The position numbers and the translations under genes are program-made. DNA of 64,000 nt. It comes from Ptychomitrium polyphyllum. Lineage: Eukaryota. Where the stretch lies: NCBI GenBank assembly GCA_973851085.1, contig OZ316775.1, positions 10,602,001 through 10,666,000 of the forward strand, read 5' to 3'. The notes under the pieces are model-generated. The model saw only the letters and a list, made by a program, of their open reading frames with translations. It had not been told where the DNA came from and made no database searches. Of the stretch, positions 41,593-55,299 are shown one piece after another. Numbering within the stretch: position 1 is the first letter of the stretch; each line of letters opens with the position of its first letter.

Positions 41593-44500
41593 AACTTTTT
41601 CCTGTTTTTCTTTACTCTTACTACCAAGTTTTTCTCTTCCCACTGTCTTAGTGTTGTGTTTCTAAATCTAGACAGGCTTTGTAGCTACTCTTGCTCCACT
41701 CACACTTACTGAGGTCGGTATAGTTAGACAGTCGGAGTTACACTTAAAAGATGTTTGTGACAACGTTTGTGTGTCCGTTCTCCCATATAGGTTTTAGTCT
41801 TCTGCAGTAGACTACAGACGCTATTCATTTGCACTTCCTGTCTAACTTTTTCCGGGTCGAGCAGTCTCAGTGTCCGTATATGAAGCTACTTGCTTAAATT
41901 TCCTGCCATTCGCAAAGCTTGAATATGCTTTTGGTATTGGAATCGATTCAAAGAGTCACTGTGCAGAGCAATGGGCCAAGTCTCAACTGTTCGTGGATGT
42001 CGCATTCCGCGGCTTTGATTGGGTGGTGACGAACCGTCATTTGGAAGGGTTCAATTCTCTCAGGTACGCACCCAATGTGTAGGAAAGCTATAAAAGCTGG
42101 CAGATACGACATTGAAGAGTACTCCGTTACATAACTCATCAGGTTAGCGCAGTCCTTTTCTGAAGGAGGATATGCGCAACTGTAGTTTACTTAGTAGATC
42201 AACTCTGTGATGCCCATGCAAAGGTGGCGGCGGTGCGCCATGCTCAAGTGATTCAGCGGCATGACAACAAAGCAAGTATGATCATGGTTAACGTCGTGGA
42301 CCCAAACAGAAGTGGCTGCAAGGTGCTTCACTCCTATTTCAAAATCAAATATTTACAATTGGCCCCTTTCGCGATGCAGTATTCTGTAACAGTTACGCTA
42401 AATTTCAGCTCCATTGCTACAATGTCTCTCCCACTTCAAATAAGATTTACTTCTTAATGCCGTTCATAAAGGGGGCGTGCAGATTATGCCAACACTTTAA
42501 TATCACTTATGCTCTTAACTTTCATGTTTCCGTTATTGACTCAAACTTATCCCGACTCCTCAACTCCAGGGTTTCTCCTCACAATCACTGTTCGACTGAT
42601 CCTTAAGATCAACAAAGCCCCAACGATTCGCTCCTTCGTATTCTTCTTCTTGATTGAACTCCTAACCAGCTTTGCCATGTTCGCACGGCAGTACAGTATT
42701 TCATTGCCCAAGAGCCAGCAGAGCCACAAGAGACATGTCAAACGTATCTGCCCTGCAAGACTAATTCTGACTAGTTCCTTCTCACTGCTCAACAATGCCA
42801 CTGAGTCTCAACATCAACCATACAGGATAACCTTGCAGGTGTGGTTACGTCGCATGGCGAGACTATGCGCACACCAGCTTTACACATGCAGCTTCAGTAC
42901 CTTTCCACCACAACGCGCAGATCTGAAATGCAAATCTCTCAAGGCCATCAGAACTTGTCACAAATGCTACTTGCTGCTGCCCAGCAGAACAGTCTCTCTA
43001 CTAGTGCAAGAAGCTGGTCGCACGTCAAATTCGGCACGCACGATAGTCCAGAGAAAGGTAGCGTATCGCCATGCTGAGCTGCGGCAGCCATGTGGTAGAT
43101 GGAAACGAGAAGGATGAGGAATGAAAGTGGAGAAGAGAGTAGAAAAGGCGCTGGTGCGAAGAATAAAACATTGATGAGTTCGTTGGTGGGGGAACTTGGG
43201 AACTGTATCTTGATAGACTGACTGACTGAAGATGGCAAGATGACAGGCCTACCAAATTCCTCGGATTCGAAACTACCGTGAATATACGATATGCCGATCC
43301 CTGTAGAACATTAGAACAGCGCTGAGTATACGGTATACCTGCAAACCTGGTGCAGCGGTTCCCTGCAGAACCTGAGTTGTGAGTTGTTCTAATGTTGGAG
43401 GTGTACTTAGAAGTTGGTAGACGGGTACTTATACCTAAATTTTTATAATTTTACTGAGTAGCAGACCACGTGTAACACATATTTTTAAACATGACCTAGA
43501 ACTGGAACCCGCTGCAGGGTAACAGCTTAGAGTATAGCCACGGTTTTTGATGTGCATTCCCTGCTTTAAGAGATCGCTAGAGTATGTAGGCCATTTCATT
43601 ATCCCATTCACCACAGAAATGGACATTTCATAGTCACAAATTTTTGATGGGTTTTAAGAACCTCTGTTTTCCACCACCATTATCATAGCAAAATACTTAC
43701 AATTCATATATGGTAAGAATTCTTGGTCAGTGAAACTATGCATCGTCTTTCCCAATTTCCTCTATACTGGTATTTCAACAGCAGTGGAGTACTGATTGGT
43801 TGAGGTTGACACGTCAAAATACTTTTGAATTTTACCCAAATTTGTGGCTGCAAGGTGCATGAACCTGAACTTCGACCGTTACATGATTCAATACGAGTTG
43901 AGGGACTCCATCGTCCTTATTCAAGGCGGTAGAATATCACGCTCCAATGGCCAACGTATTGCTGATATATTGTGCTCCAAAGTGATTCATAACATTAGGG
44001 TGTGTCAGACTTCCAAGGACTTTTGTATCACACTTGCATAGAGGAGAGAGTGATGAACTGTGAGCGCTGAGTGATGGGGGTTGTTGCTCCAACGAAGCTT
44101 GGGCTGCTAGCCTTGCTTTTGGCCTTTTGTCCACCATGCATGGGAACTTCTTCACATACGAGGCAAATTCTTAGCCCATCTAAAGCTAGGATTTCTTCTC
44201 TTGGAATTTCTTTGCTTGGTCATCAGATGTTTTTGTCTCTCCAAATCTCTTTGTTAATTTGGAAGCCACTTGCATTTAACCAGCCTTGTCACATGCATCT
44301 AGTTTGATTATTGAAATTGAAAAGAAAGGGTTGCACTTTGATTACACATGTGAAGTAAAACAATACTTAGGAACTAACTCTTGCACCTTCTTCTTAGAAT
44401 CTATTTAAGATTTCTTTGGTAACAAATCATAAAAAATATACTATGGTTGTAGAATCTACATGTCTAATATTTATATCTTTCTTTACAATTTTCTTGTCAA

Positions 44501-45172
44501 GATATCAACTTGCAACATGAATGTCTTCTCCAACACTCCCATTTTGCAAGTTGTTTAGTCTTAATGCTCTTGTTAATATATAATGCCTTTCTTTTGCAAG
44601 TGCTTTTGTTAACACATTGGACACCATATCATGAGTTGGACATACTTCAAAGGTTGTTTCTTCATTCTCCAACTTGTCTCAAATGAAATGATGTTGTATA
44701 TTAATGTGTTTAGTTCAAGAGTAATATGTGGAATTCTTGGCAAGTGATATATATCCTTAATTGTCATACATGATGTTGATTGCCTCTTTTTGAATTGATC
44801 CCACATTCACTAAGATTTGTTTTAACCATATTGCTTTTTTTGTACAATGGCTTGATGCCATTTATTCGATCTCTGTGGTAGACAATGCAACAATAGGTTG
44901 GCACTTGTAATTCTATGAAATAGTACTAATTCCAACAAAGAACACATTTTTTAATTGTGAATCGGCAATAGCTTGCATCTCTTGCTAATTTGCATTGCAA
45001 TATGCTTTCAAAGGAGTGTTTTCATTTCTAAGACACAAGATAAATCTAAAGTGCCTTTTAAATATTGCATAATACGTTTCTTAACAATCCATTGTGGTGG
45101 ACCAACTTTAGATATATATAGGCTTAATATACTTATGAAAAAAGCAAGATCAATCCTTATGCCCACAATGGC

Positions 45173-46318
45173 TGTCGCAACCCTTGTAATGCACCTTAGC
45201 AAGCGTCACGCGCGTCAACCCTGTACACCCCCACATGCACATGGTTAACCTCCATTCTCACTTTCCACGTCTTTTTACCATTTCTCTTAAGACACCCAAT
45301 TTATTAGTAGCCAATGGTTAGGTGCGGACTTCCATTCAAGTCCAAGGCCTCACTTGGTGTTATTCCCATTCCACACGGCCTAACCGCACTTAGTGGTGTC
45401 TCTTCACCACCACTCATGATCCCCATGCGGTCCTAAGATCACCCCGGGCCATCATGGTGCCGGCGTAAAGACACCACCCCAACTTAGTGGTAACAAGCGT
45501 ACCCTTTTGAACGTGCTAGTTCCCTCCGTGAAACCGGCCATCCACCGGCTCACAATGGTGTGGGAGTCCCCGTGGTGAAGCTCCAACACTAGCTCCACCA
45601 ACCGGGACTCACCCTTGGTCTCTACCGGGACACTAGGGGAGTGGGGAGGGGGACCAATCCTCCCTTAATAGTACTCTCTATGGGATTTGGCAGGCCCCCT
45701 GGCCCTCTGTAGTTGGCTGAACCCCGACACACCTAGAGTTTTGGAAGACCACCTGATCTCCCTTGGGACTTAGCCGCTGGAAGCCTCCGGGACTCCTAGC
45801 GGACCTTCAAGGAGCCATATCTTCCTCATCCAGTGCCTGAATGTATCAAGTTACCACTCTATCGTCATCTACTCTTCACGTAGATGCCGATAGACTCCTC
45901 AAACGTCCGATTTGAGTTAGTATTGTGGGAGATACGCCTCTCCCAAGATTCGGGACTCCCGGGGAGTCCCTCCCTGGACTCTCCCAGTCCAGTACAATCA
46001 CTGTGTGGGGCTGCCACAGTCTAGAACAGCCCCTTGGCAACCCCAACTTTGGGATGCCATAACTTTTAGCTCCCTTGTCCGATTTGGGCAATCTTTAGTA
46101 TTCTAGAATCAACTCTTCGTGATTCTTCCAATGCCCTCGATTTATCCCTCGTGGCCCTCAGTCTACATCGGCAAGGATGTTTCTCCCCTTAGGGGTTCTT
46201 CCCACGCTAGGCCCACTCGGGTCCCCTCACTATTGGCGCCACAAGTCCCGGACGTCACTCCGGGGTCCCCCTTGTGCCCTTAGTGTTGCTCGCACTTCTC
46301 AAGGAGAGGTGTGCGACA
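45173..46318. mobile_element. GC-rich solo LTR (1146 bp) nested in the Copia RT/RNase H region
   Basis: Termini TGTCGCA...TGCGACA form a perfect 7-bp inverted pair, with a 5-bp TSD ATGGC (45168-45172, 46319-46323). Removing it restores host 'LMYAIVGIRIDLAF'. Confidence 0.88.
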
Positions 46319-47088
46319 ATGGCATACATCAATGTTCCCACCACACCTTCCCTCCCTTCCTTCCCTCCATTATATAAAATGCCTTCCATGTCTTCTTGGA
46401 TTTCATCATATACTTCATTTAAGAGTTTCAACAATTTAAATTTTCATTAAGAGGACTTCCAATGGATTTGCAATCTTCTATGCCAAAGGATTTGAGCATT
46501 GCCTCAATGTACTTATTTAGACTTATAGTGATAGTGCAAGCAACCCTATTTCTTTTGAATTCCATTCCAAATAAAAATGTAGCTCACTAAGGTTACTTAT
46601 ATCAAATTCTTCTTCTAGTTTCTTCTTCAACCACCTTATTTTGGCCATATTTTTTGTCAAATAATGAAGTTTTTACATACATTAATATAATCAATAAAAA
46701 TTCATCCATTTGCTTGATGTACAATAAGTGGTTTGTTTGGCTCCTTGTGAAGGTTTCTTTAATAAAGAAGGCATTAGTGTGTTGGTACCATTGCTTTAAT
46801 GATTGTTTCAACCCGGTAAGGGCCTTTTTTAGCTTGCACTTAAGATGCTCTATTACTTCATGTACAAATCCCTTAGCTTGGTCCATGTAGATGTCCTCCT
46901 CCAATTTTCCATTCAAAAATACCGTCTTTACATCCATTTAGTGGATCTGTAAGTTTAATGTTGCCTTTAATGACAAAATCATCATAATGGTGATGAATTT
47001 AGCTATGGATGCAAATATTTCATTGAAGCCAATATTAAAATTCATAAGTAGCTTTTGGCAACTAAACTTGTCTTGTAATGTACAACGT

Positions 47089-48724
47089 TGTCGTGGTAAG
47101 AGTGGTTGCTATAGAAAATGCTAGGTCTTTTTGCATCTAGTTAATCAAATACAAGTTTTTTTTAATAATAAAAATTACAACTTCTAAATATTTATTATTT
47201 ATTTCTTCATCTTTGATTTCTACTTTCCAACTCTTCTTTTCTCCCATCTTAAAAATAATCCAAATCTTTATCAATAATTTTTCATTTTTGTTTTTTAAAA
47301 TCCAAATTACTTATTTTCTTATATCTTCTAGCTGAAAGGTCCTATGCTCTTAAGATTTTAATAACATAAGTACAAGACTTTCTAAGTACAACTCTCAAAA
47401 TCTCTTATTTATGGTCTAGGTGGTTGTTAAGAACTATGTCTTTAAAAGCTTCATTCTTTCTACCATTGTTCTTAGACCCTTTCTTTACTTCATAACTCTA
47501 TAAATTTCTTTCTATAATAAATATAGATTTCAAACTTTCCTCACATACTATCTATCTTATAATAAGCATTTTATCAATAATTCAATCTTAAAAATCCCTT
47601 TAATCATCTCCAATGGTTCAAAATATGTAGCTCTGAATCCAATTGTGTATTGTCTTCATACCGTGGTTGCATTCTTCCTTGTATTTCCTACTATAAGATT
47701 CCATTACTTTTAAAATTTCTATGCATCATTTTAAAGTAGTCAAAATATTATTCTACTAATTTCATTATCAAATACTATTTTTTCAAAAAGTTACAAGTAT
47801 TAAAAGTAATCGCTTTCAAAAACTCAAGGCAGTTGACTCAACTTTATTCAAACTAGAACCATAGGCACATATTAATTCCAAATAAAGCGTTTGATGACTT
47901 TATAGAAGCTCACAAGAGGAAAAAAAAATCCAACAAAAATTAACTAAAATCAAGAAGTATACAATGAAATATCATCCAAAAAATGGCTGCTTTTTTATTC
48001 AAATAAAAGAGGCCGAGAGAAAATAAGAAGGCAATGAAAGCCACATCCCCCCTTTATCACTCTACATTAATTTTATCTTTCCACATCAGCCCCTATTATT
48101 TTTTTATCAAACCTTTATCTAACCATATCTTCAAATAAAAAACAACCCAAATCCTTTTCTTTTGTTTTTCTTTCCTTTCTTTATTTTAATTTGAACTTTT
48201 AGGTTCAAATTATAAAAGAAGACAAAATCAACCTTCACAAATCTAAAATAGGAACTAAAAAATTAAAATAAAATAAAGAAAGTAGAACAAGAGTTGAAGT
48301 TTAATAAGAAATGAGTTAAGAATAATATCATTGTCAAGGCAGGATCAGATACCAAGTCATGAACTTGATTGACTGGATAAGTTCCAGCTGCTGAACTGGT
48401 TCGAGTTCAATTCTTGTCAATTTTGTTGAGTTGGTTCGAGTTCAATTCTTGTCAATTTTGTTGAGTAGAATGGCAGCACTTGATTTGATACTGCTAGCAG
48501 GAATGGCAGGTAAGAAAATACTATAGTCAACCAGCCTATTCACTCTAAACTAAGACAAGATGCGGTTCCACCTCTAAGACAAATAGAATTGTAGTTTCAC
48601 CATGACATTTTTTAATCCAATTATTTCTTTTTCTTAATACTTTTTTTCAAATACATTAATTTAAATTCCACAAAATAACAAATACTAATTAAGTTTTAAC
48701 TATATAGCTAAATATATCACGTCA
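47089..48724. mobile_element. AT-rich solo-LTR-like insertion (1636 bp) nested in the Copia RT
   Basis: Termini TGTCGTG...CACGTCA with a 4-bp duplication ACGT (47085-47088, 48725-48728). Removing it restores in-frame 'DALDHVVHYKTSLVAKSY'. A second partial copy lies at ~60120-60777. Confidence 0.78.
48397..48466. repeat. Perfect 35-bp tandem duplication
   Basis: TGGTTCGAGTTCAATTCTTGTCAATTTTGTTGAGT x2. Confidence 0.92.
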
Positions 48725-51700
48725 ACGTGATCCAACGCATCCTCTTCATACAAAATATCTACTTACATCCTACACTTTTGCGGTCTTTTGGAAGAGGAAC
48801 CAACTTCCATATTTCATTGACTAATAAAAACTTGTGTTCTTTTTGTATGGCCATGTCCTACTTGTTTGAATCTTTAAACTACATGGCTTTGCACAATTTC
48901 AAAAGATCATCAATAAAGACTACATTAATATGTTTTACCACTTTCCAAGATGGATGAAGCTCTCTTATCGAATATCTTGGCTTTCTTGCAAATTGCCCAT
49001 TTTTATTACTACTAAGAAAGAATTAACTTAAATGGTCTTAAAATGGAGATATTGAATGAATCCTTTTGCTTGTTATTCTTTTCTTCACCACTTTATTTAC
49101 AACTTGAGCATTTCCACTATCATTTTTGGCATCTCTAATGTCTTCTTTCTTGTCATCATCATCTAAAAGAAAAGATATGGAAGGTTTGTCCACCATATCT
49201 ACAATATGAGCTTTTTTTCTCCTACTTGGACGTATCTCCAAATCATCTCCTATATTAGTGCTATCCTCCATAAATACCACATTCTTACTCTTAATGATTT
49301 TTTTAAATTCAAGACTCATAAGCATATATTCCTTAGTGCCTTTACAATATCAAAAAATAAGCATTTGGTGCTTTTGGACTCTAGAATTATGGCATAGGCA
49401 ATGCATCCAAATATATGCATGTGTGCAATATAAAGCTTCCTTTCATTCCATGCTTCTTTTTATTTGATGTTGAATAGAACTTTTGTTGGACACCAATTGC
49501 GTGTATATATTGCATTCACTACCATTTCCACCCACAACTGTAAATTGAGGTGTGGAACATGGATCATGCTCTTAGCCATTTCTACAATGGTGCGATTGGC
49601 ATGCTTTGCAACACCATTTTATAGGGTAGTGTAGAAACTTAATATTTTCTTTTTAATGCCATGGTTCTTCAAGAAGTTTAAAACCTTTGTGAATATAAAC
49701 TTTCCACCATTACTTATTCTAAGCACCTTGATTTTGTGCTCCAATTGCGTCTCTACAAATGCTTTTAACTTCTTGAACCTTTTACAGCACTCTCTTTTGG
49801 ACTTCAATAAGTAATCCATATATTTCTTGAATGATCAATAATGAAGGTCTCAAAATATCTTGCACCACCCATTGATGTGGTTCTAATGGGACCACATACA
49901 TTCAAATGCACAATCTCCAATGGCTTGTTTGTACATCTTCCTCCATCTTTTGGAAAGGTGTCTTTATATTGCTTGCCTTCATGGTGCCCTTCACAAATCA
50001 ATGATGATGAAAATTGACCAAGGTTCATACCACTTACTATGTTTTAAAGCACATACACATCCTTTACATTCAAATGACCAAGTTTATGATACCAAAGTTG
50101 CAATGCACCTTCATTTGATGATGATAATGCTAAGTTGTCGACATCCGCTCCATATACTTTGCTAAAGACCATGTGATACAAGCTATCACTTCTTGGCGCT
50201 ATGGAAATTGCTTCTCTATGAGTAGCACTTACAGTCCATCTATCATCATTGAATTGCTCCTTCTACCCCTTTGATACAAGCTTAATCACCAAAAACAAGT
50301 TTATTTGCAACATAGATACATGAAATACATCATGGATTATAATCCTTTGAATGATGCCTTTTACCACAACTTCCACAACAATGGATTCCATGCCCATTGC
50401 TTCTACAATGCTATCATCTCCAATGTGCACACTTCTAGAAGTAATTACTTTGTAACAAATAAATATGGCTTCATAAAGAGTCATGTTTTTTGTAGCCCTT
50501 GCATATGGTCTTGCAATGCTTACTATTTCAATTTGCAAAGGCATAGTCACCATCATCCTTCACATTATTAGCATTCTTCCTCTTCTTATTCTTAACTTTG
50601 AAAAAAAATCAAAGAATGTGACATGATTTATTACAATAGTAGCAAGTTTTGATATTGGTGTGCATATATTAGTTGCTTCCTTTGCCTTGAAATGAAACAA
50701 TTGTGGCATCATCACTTTGAACCTCATTCTCTCCTTTTTTGGACATTTCATGCATTAAGAATGTATTTGCAATTTCCATGTTTAAGTCCTTAATGTTCAT
50801 GGTCTTTAAGGCCGTGATCAAGTATTCATATGAGAGCAGCAAGCTCTCAAGCGAAATAATGGTCTCATTCTCATCATGCAATAGTACTTCCAAACAAGCA
50901 AGTTGATGTGCAAATCCAATCACATTATTGATACGATTCAACAAATCATCTTTGTATTGCATCTTGCATATAAAGAACTTGCGGCAAATAAAGAGGATGT
51001 TGAACAATCTCTTAGTTTTGAGGATGTTGTAGACAGTAGTTGCATGCATCTGCTAATCCTTTGCAATTCATGATATGCGCAAGTCGATTGTCTTTCAAGT
51101 TAAATACAATGACAAACATTGCCTTCTTAGCACGCCTTTAATAATCCTTGATGACTTTGAAGTCAGCATTGGAGGGTGGAGGCTTCTGAGATTCATTTAC
51201 AATTTTTTAAAGATCCATAGAGGCCAAGGCCATCTACATTTTAAACTTCCAAAGATTGAGGTTGGCTCCAAAGAACTTATTAATAAATCTACTACTTTTA
51301 TTCTCAATTGATACCATTTTGCAATCAAGTTAGTGTCCTTGCTCTCAATGTATATTTTTGCACTTTTAAATACTTTAATGTGCACTATTACACCTAAAAC
51401 ACCAAATGTGCACTATTGCAACTAAAACATTTATATTAGTTCCTTCTAGTTTCAAAAAAAACAAAAATACAAGGCAAGAAGGTACACAATAATTGAATCT
51501 TTGTTACATCCAAACTTGCACTAATGTACTAATAACACTTCAAATACCTCCAAAATGCTCCAATTTCTTCCAAATAATTTCCAAAGCTCCAAATTGTGAG
51601 TAAAAGGCTTCAAATATATAAATATGCACCTCCAATTTATAAACACTTAAGGTCTCACATCCAACCAGATATACAACCAAAATTCTCTATATGCAATTCA

Positions 51701-54700
51701 TGCAAGTAAGCCATATAACCTATTGAAATTAAGAAGAAAGAATTGCACTTTGATTATATATGTGAAATAAACAATTTTTTAGAAACTAACTCTTTCTTCC
51801 TTTTTTTAGAGTTTATTTAAAAATATCTTGGTGACAAACCATATGGAAAATACTATAATTGTAAAATCCACATATCTAATATTTATATTCATTCTATACA
51901 ATCTTTTTTTCAGCACATCAACCTGCAATATTAACACCTTTTCTAACAATGGTCATTTACTTTGGCACTTACAATGATTATTGCACATATTCTATAAACT
52001 AAAAAGGTTGTTTGAATTATTAATGGATTATCTTATAGGAATTATTTGTATCAAGACATGTTAAGCCGATAATTCTTTTGTTCATGTTGTATTTGTTCAA
52101 ATGTGCGTTTAAGACTCAAACTCATTACTTTGACATAATCTTAATGATTCAACTTAGTACTATAGGTTGGCAAAAAACCCTCTTGTAACTTCCACTATGA
52201 AATTGAGGCAAACAAACAATAAACTAAAAAAGAAGCTACTATGCACATTAATTGTTGGCATTAACAAGTCTTTGAGTGTTATATTGTAAATTGAATGAGA
52301 TGCTTGATGTTGGCCAATAATTATTGGAAGTTTCATTATCAAGGAAATTCATTAAATTGCGTATTGAATGTGCGTAATCTAAGAATACAATATTGCATGG
52401 AAGTTTTATAATGCGTAAATTTGTATAAGTTGAGTTACAATCATTCAAAATACCTTATTATATTTTATATTTCTTTCAATAAATTTGGATTTCAAAAGTA
52501 ATTAAACTATATTGTACATGGCATATAATATTTTTTGCACATGTATTACATACATAGTTGCAAAAATATTGAACACCTTATGGAATTCATAGCACTTACA
52601 AAACTCTATATAATGATTGTTTTGCACACCTAATTGCATTCAATTTGACTATCAAAACAATCATACATCAATTGAAAAACAAACCAAGCCAAAGCAAGTA
52701 GTTTATTATTGTTGTGTATAAAAAAGCAACTTTAGATACAAAGTCATTCCAAACCTAATAAATGGAGAATTATACCATTATATGTACATATATATTCTTG
52801 TTGATTTTGTATAAATGAAGTTCAATTTTTCTTAAGCATGCACAAAATTTACAAAATATATGTACATTTGATGTTGTATCAAACAATATAGCATTCAAAT
52901 TATTTCTTTCAAAGACTCTTTTAATTCTACATTTCCAAACAAAGGCTTAGAACTATATTCCATTATGAATTGCAGTACTTAGCAATAAAGTGGCTTATAA
53001 AGAGTACAACTAACTTCAATTGCAACAAGTACATTGGCTATTGCAATTACCTCTCTTGCTTCAATCCATCTACTCCAACATGCTTTCATTATTCTTCAAA
53101 AGGAAACATCTATTGTTGAATAATTCCAACCATACATACTATACAAACTTGCTTAATAATGTGAGTGCTAGATGTATGCAAAGAAGCTAATAAAAAGCAA
53201 GTAGTCTCCAAATAAGCTAAAAAGATTTGAAAAACAAAAGCATTCAAAGATCAAATAAAGAAACTTCAAAAGAAAAAACCTTAAATCTAGATTGAACAAT
53301 TCCAAAAAAAAATTGCAAAAAATTAATCATTTTTTACTACATCCATGTACCATGCCTAATATCCATAAAACATAGGATATAATTGTAAATATGTTTTTTC
53401 CTTTGGAAAAAAAAATTACTATTAATCTTTCATTATTTTTATAATTACAAAGTAAAATGTCTTCATGTTAGTACAATGCACAGTGTTTCCATGGCTAGTC
53501 TATCATTCTTCCATGAAGCTCCAACTTCCAATGTTCAAAGTTTCAACATTTTAACCTGTACATAATAACATATTCCATTGGAATCTAGACTAATTTTAGC
53601 ATTTTTAAAATTTCTATGTTAAAGAACGTTGTTCAAAAAGACTCCTAAATGTAATATTTAATCTTATAATATAATTACTTGTATAACACTCTTTGTATGC
53701 AAAATATATTGGAAACATCCAACAGTCCTATTGAAATCTTATAATGTATGTTTGCAATGTATTTTGTAAATTTCAAATGTAATTTTTAAATGGATGTTGT
53801 TTATATTGTAAGTGGATTCATGTCCAAATTTTCTAAAATATACTTAGTAAAGTTAAGAAAAATAAAACTTAAGAGGTGTTTTAATGACACATGATTCTTG
53901 TAAATCACAATTGTACACAATTTATTACGAATTCATATACATTGAATTGATATTGCTTGTGCAAAAATGTACATATAGAATTGCTAATAAAAAGTATAGA
54001 TTAGTTCCAATTAATATTTAGAGTACATTATTGTCCACAAAGATTAATACGTTTCCCAATTTTTTTTTGAAATGAACAATACCAAATCTAAGATATATTT
54101 AAATATACAATCTATATATTTGAAGATTTTATGTGCATAAATAGGTATTTGGTCTAGAATACCATTATACATGCATGTATTTGCACACCCTACAATATCT
54201 AGAATTAAATGCAAATTGTTGTGTTGGATACATGTAAAAGAAAACTGTAGAAGCATTCTAGAATGTGCTGTAACTTCAAGGAGTTAAATAACTTACTGCC
54301 AAGTTACCCCATTGCCTGCAAATTGCCTCTCCACATCCCTACAAGAGATTAAATACGGTACAGTAGAGTACATGTATTATGTCGATCTACGATCACAAAA
54401 GGTGAGCACCTTCCCAACAAACTGTTAGCTGGTCTGCAAATACCTGCACATGCCACAGAGTGAGGAGGGTTGTGCAAAGCTCCTGGCTCCAGCATTGGGT
54501 GAAGTTCGGGGGGGGAAGGTGGGGAGGTTGGTTGTTGCCCAAGCAGATCATCAGTGCGCATTTAGCCGCATTAACTGGACTTTTAACAAATAAACTAGGA
54601 AAGAAACACTTCATAGCGTTCTTCAGTGGTGAAGAATCACACCCTTCAGTAAGAAGCTGTCATAAGTACCAAATGCGGTTTTATATTAAATGAAGCAGTG

Positions 54701-55299
54701 GATCGAGGGTGACCAACTGCCCTCATTAAAGGATGTTGTGTTATCTGTTCCCCATTTTGAGTATGTATTATGATTCAAAGGATTATTGTAGTATCAAGCT
54801 TATATGCTTCCTAATCGGACATTCACACCGTCCACCTATCAAAAATTGCATTCACTTTAATATAATTCCAGAAACAATTTTTTTTCTTCTAAATCAGTAT
54901 ACATTCTTGTTTCATGCAATTGGAGGTCGCCGTAGCATCCATGTGCACTCCATTTCCAGTGGAACAAGTGAAGCAGACATTGGTCCACTTTGATTGTAAA
55001 AGTTTATCTTTGAAAAATATTTTTCTAAATTATCTTACATGTCACAAATGTGATAGGTTTATCATTTATTAGCTAGATGACCTTGCATCCTGCAACACTC
55101 CTACAATAAAGCATTTGGTACATACTTCAACTATAGGCAATGTTTGTCAAGTTTAACACTTTAACAAGAATTGGAGTATTATTCATGGTATTAGGTCATC
55201 TGCCATAGTGCATTTCAAAATTACTGTACCCGAAGCAGAATAATTACCGAGCGTTGTTTTAACTCACTATACCACCGTAGTAGCAAGTTATTAGATTAT

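Larger units (their letters stand above)
44309..51948 (-). mobile_element. Degenerate full-length Ty1/Copia retrotransposon with two nested insertions
   Basis: Homologous ~227-bp LTRs at 44309-44535 and 51721-51948. Minus-strand relics occur in Copia order: gag (LFICRKFFICKMQ, ~50670-51050), protease, integrase (PLEIVHLNVCGP, ~49900), RT (MDVKTVFLNGKLEEDIYMDQ, 46937), RNase H (ALSTTE, ~44880). GGTTAT follows the 5' LTR and a short purine tract precedes the 3' LTR. Confidence 0.9.

Noticed and set aside
39294..43255. Numerous 60-202 aa ORFs on both strands
   Set aside because: No domain similarity or coherent exon structure; the region is better explained as the MIR535 locus and flanks.
43350..43520. 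Short inverted match GCAGCGGTTCC / GGAACCCGCTGC
   Set aside because: Only ~11 bp with a long unpaired interval; not a credible hairpin or MITE.
52980..53100. Faint HSP70-like pattern on the minus strand (also ~26700-26790)
   Set aside because: Too degenerate; key EPTAAA and other motifs are absent.
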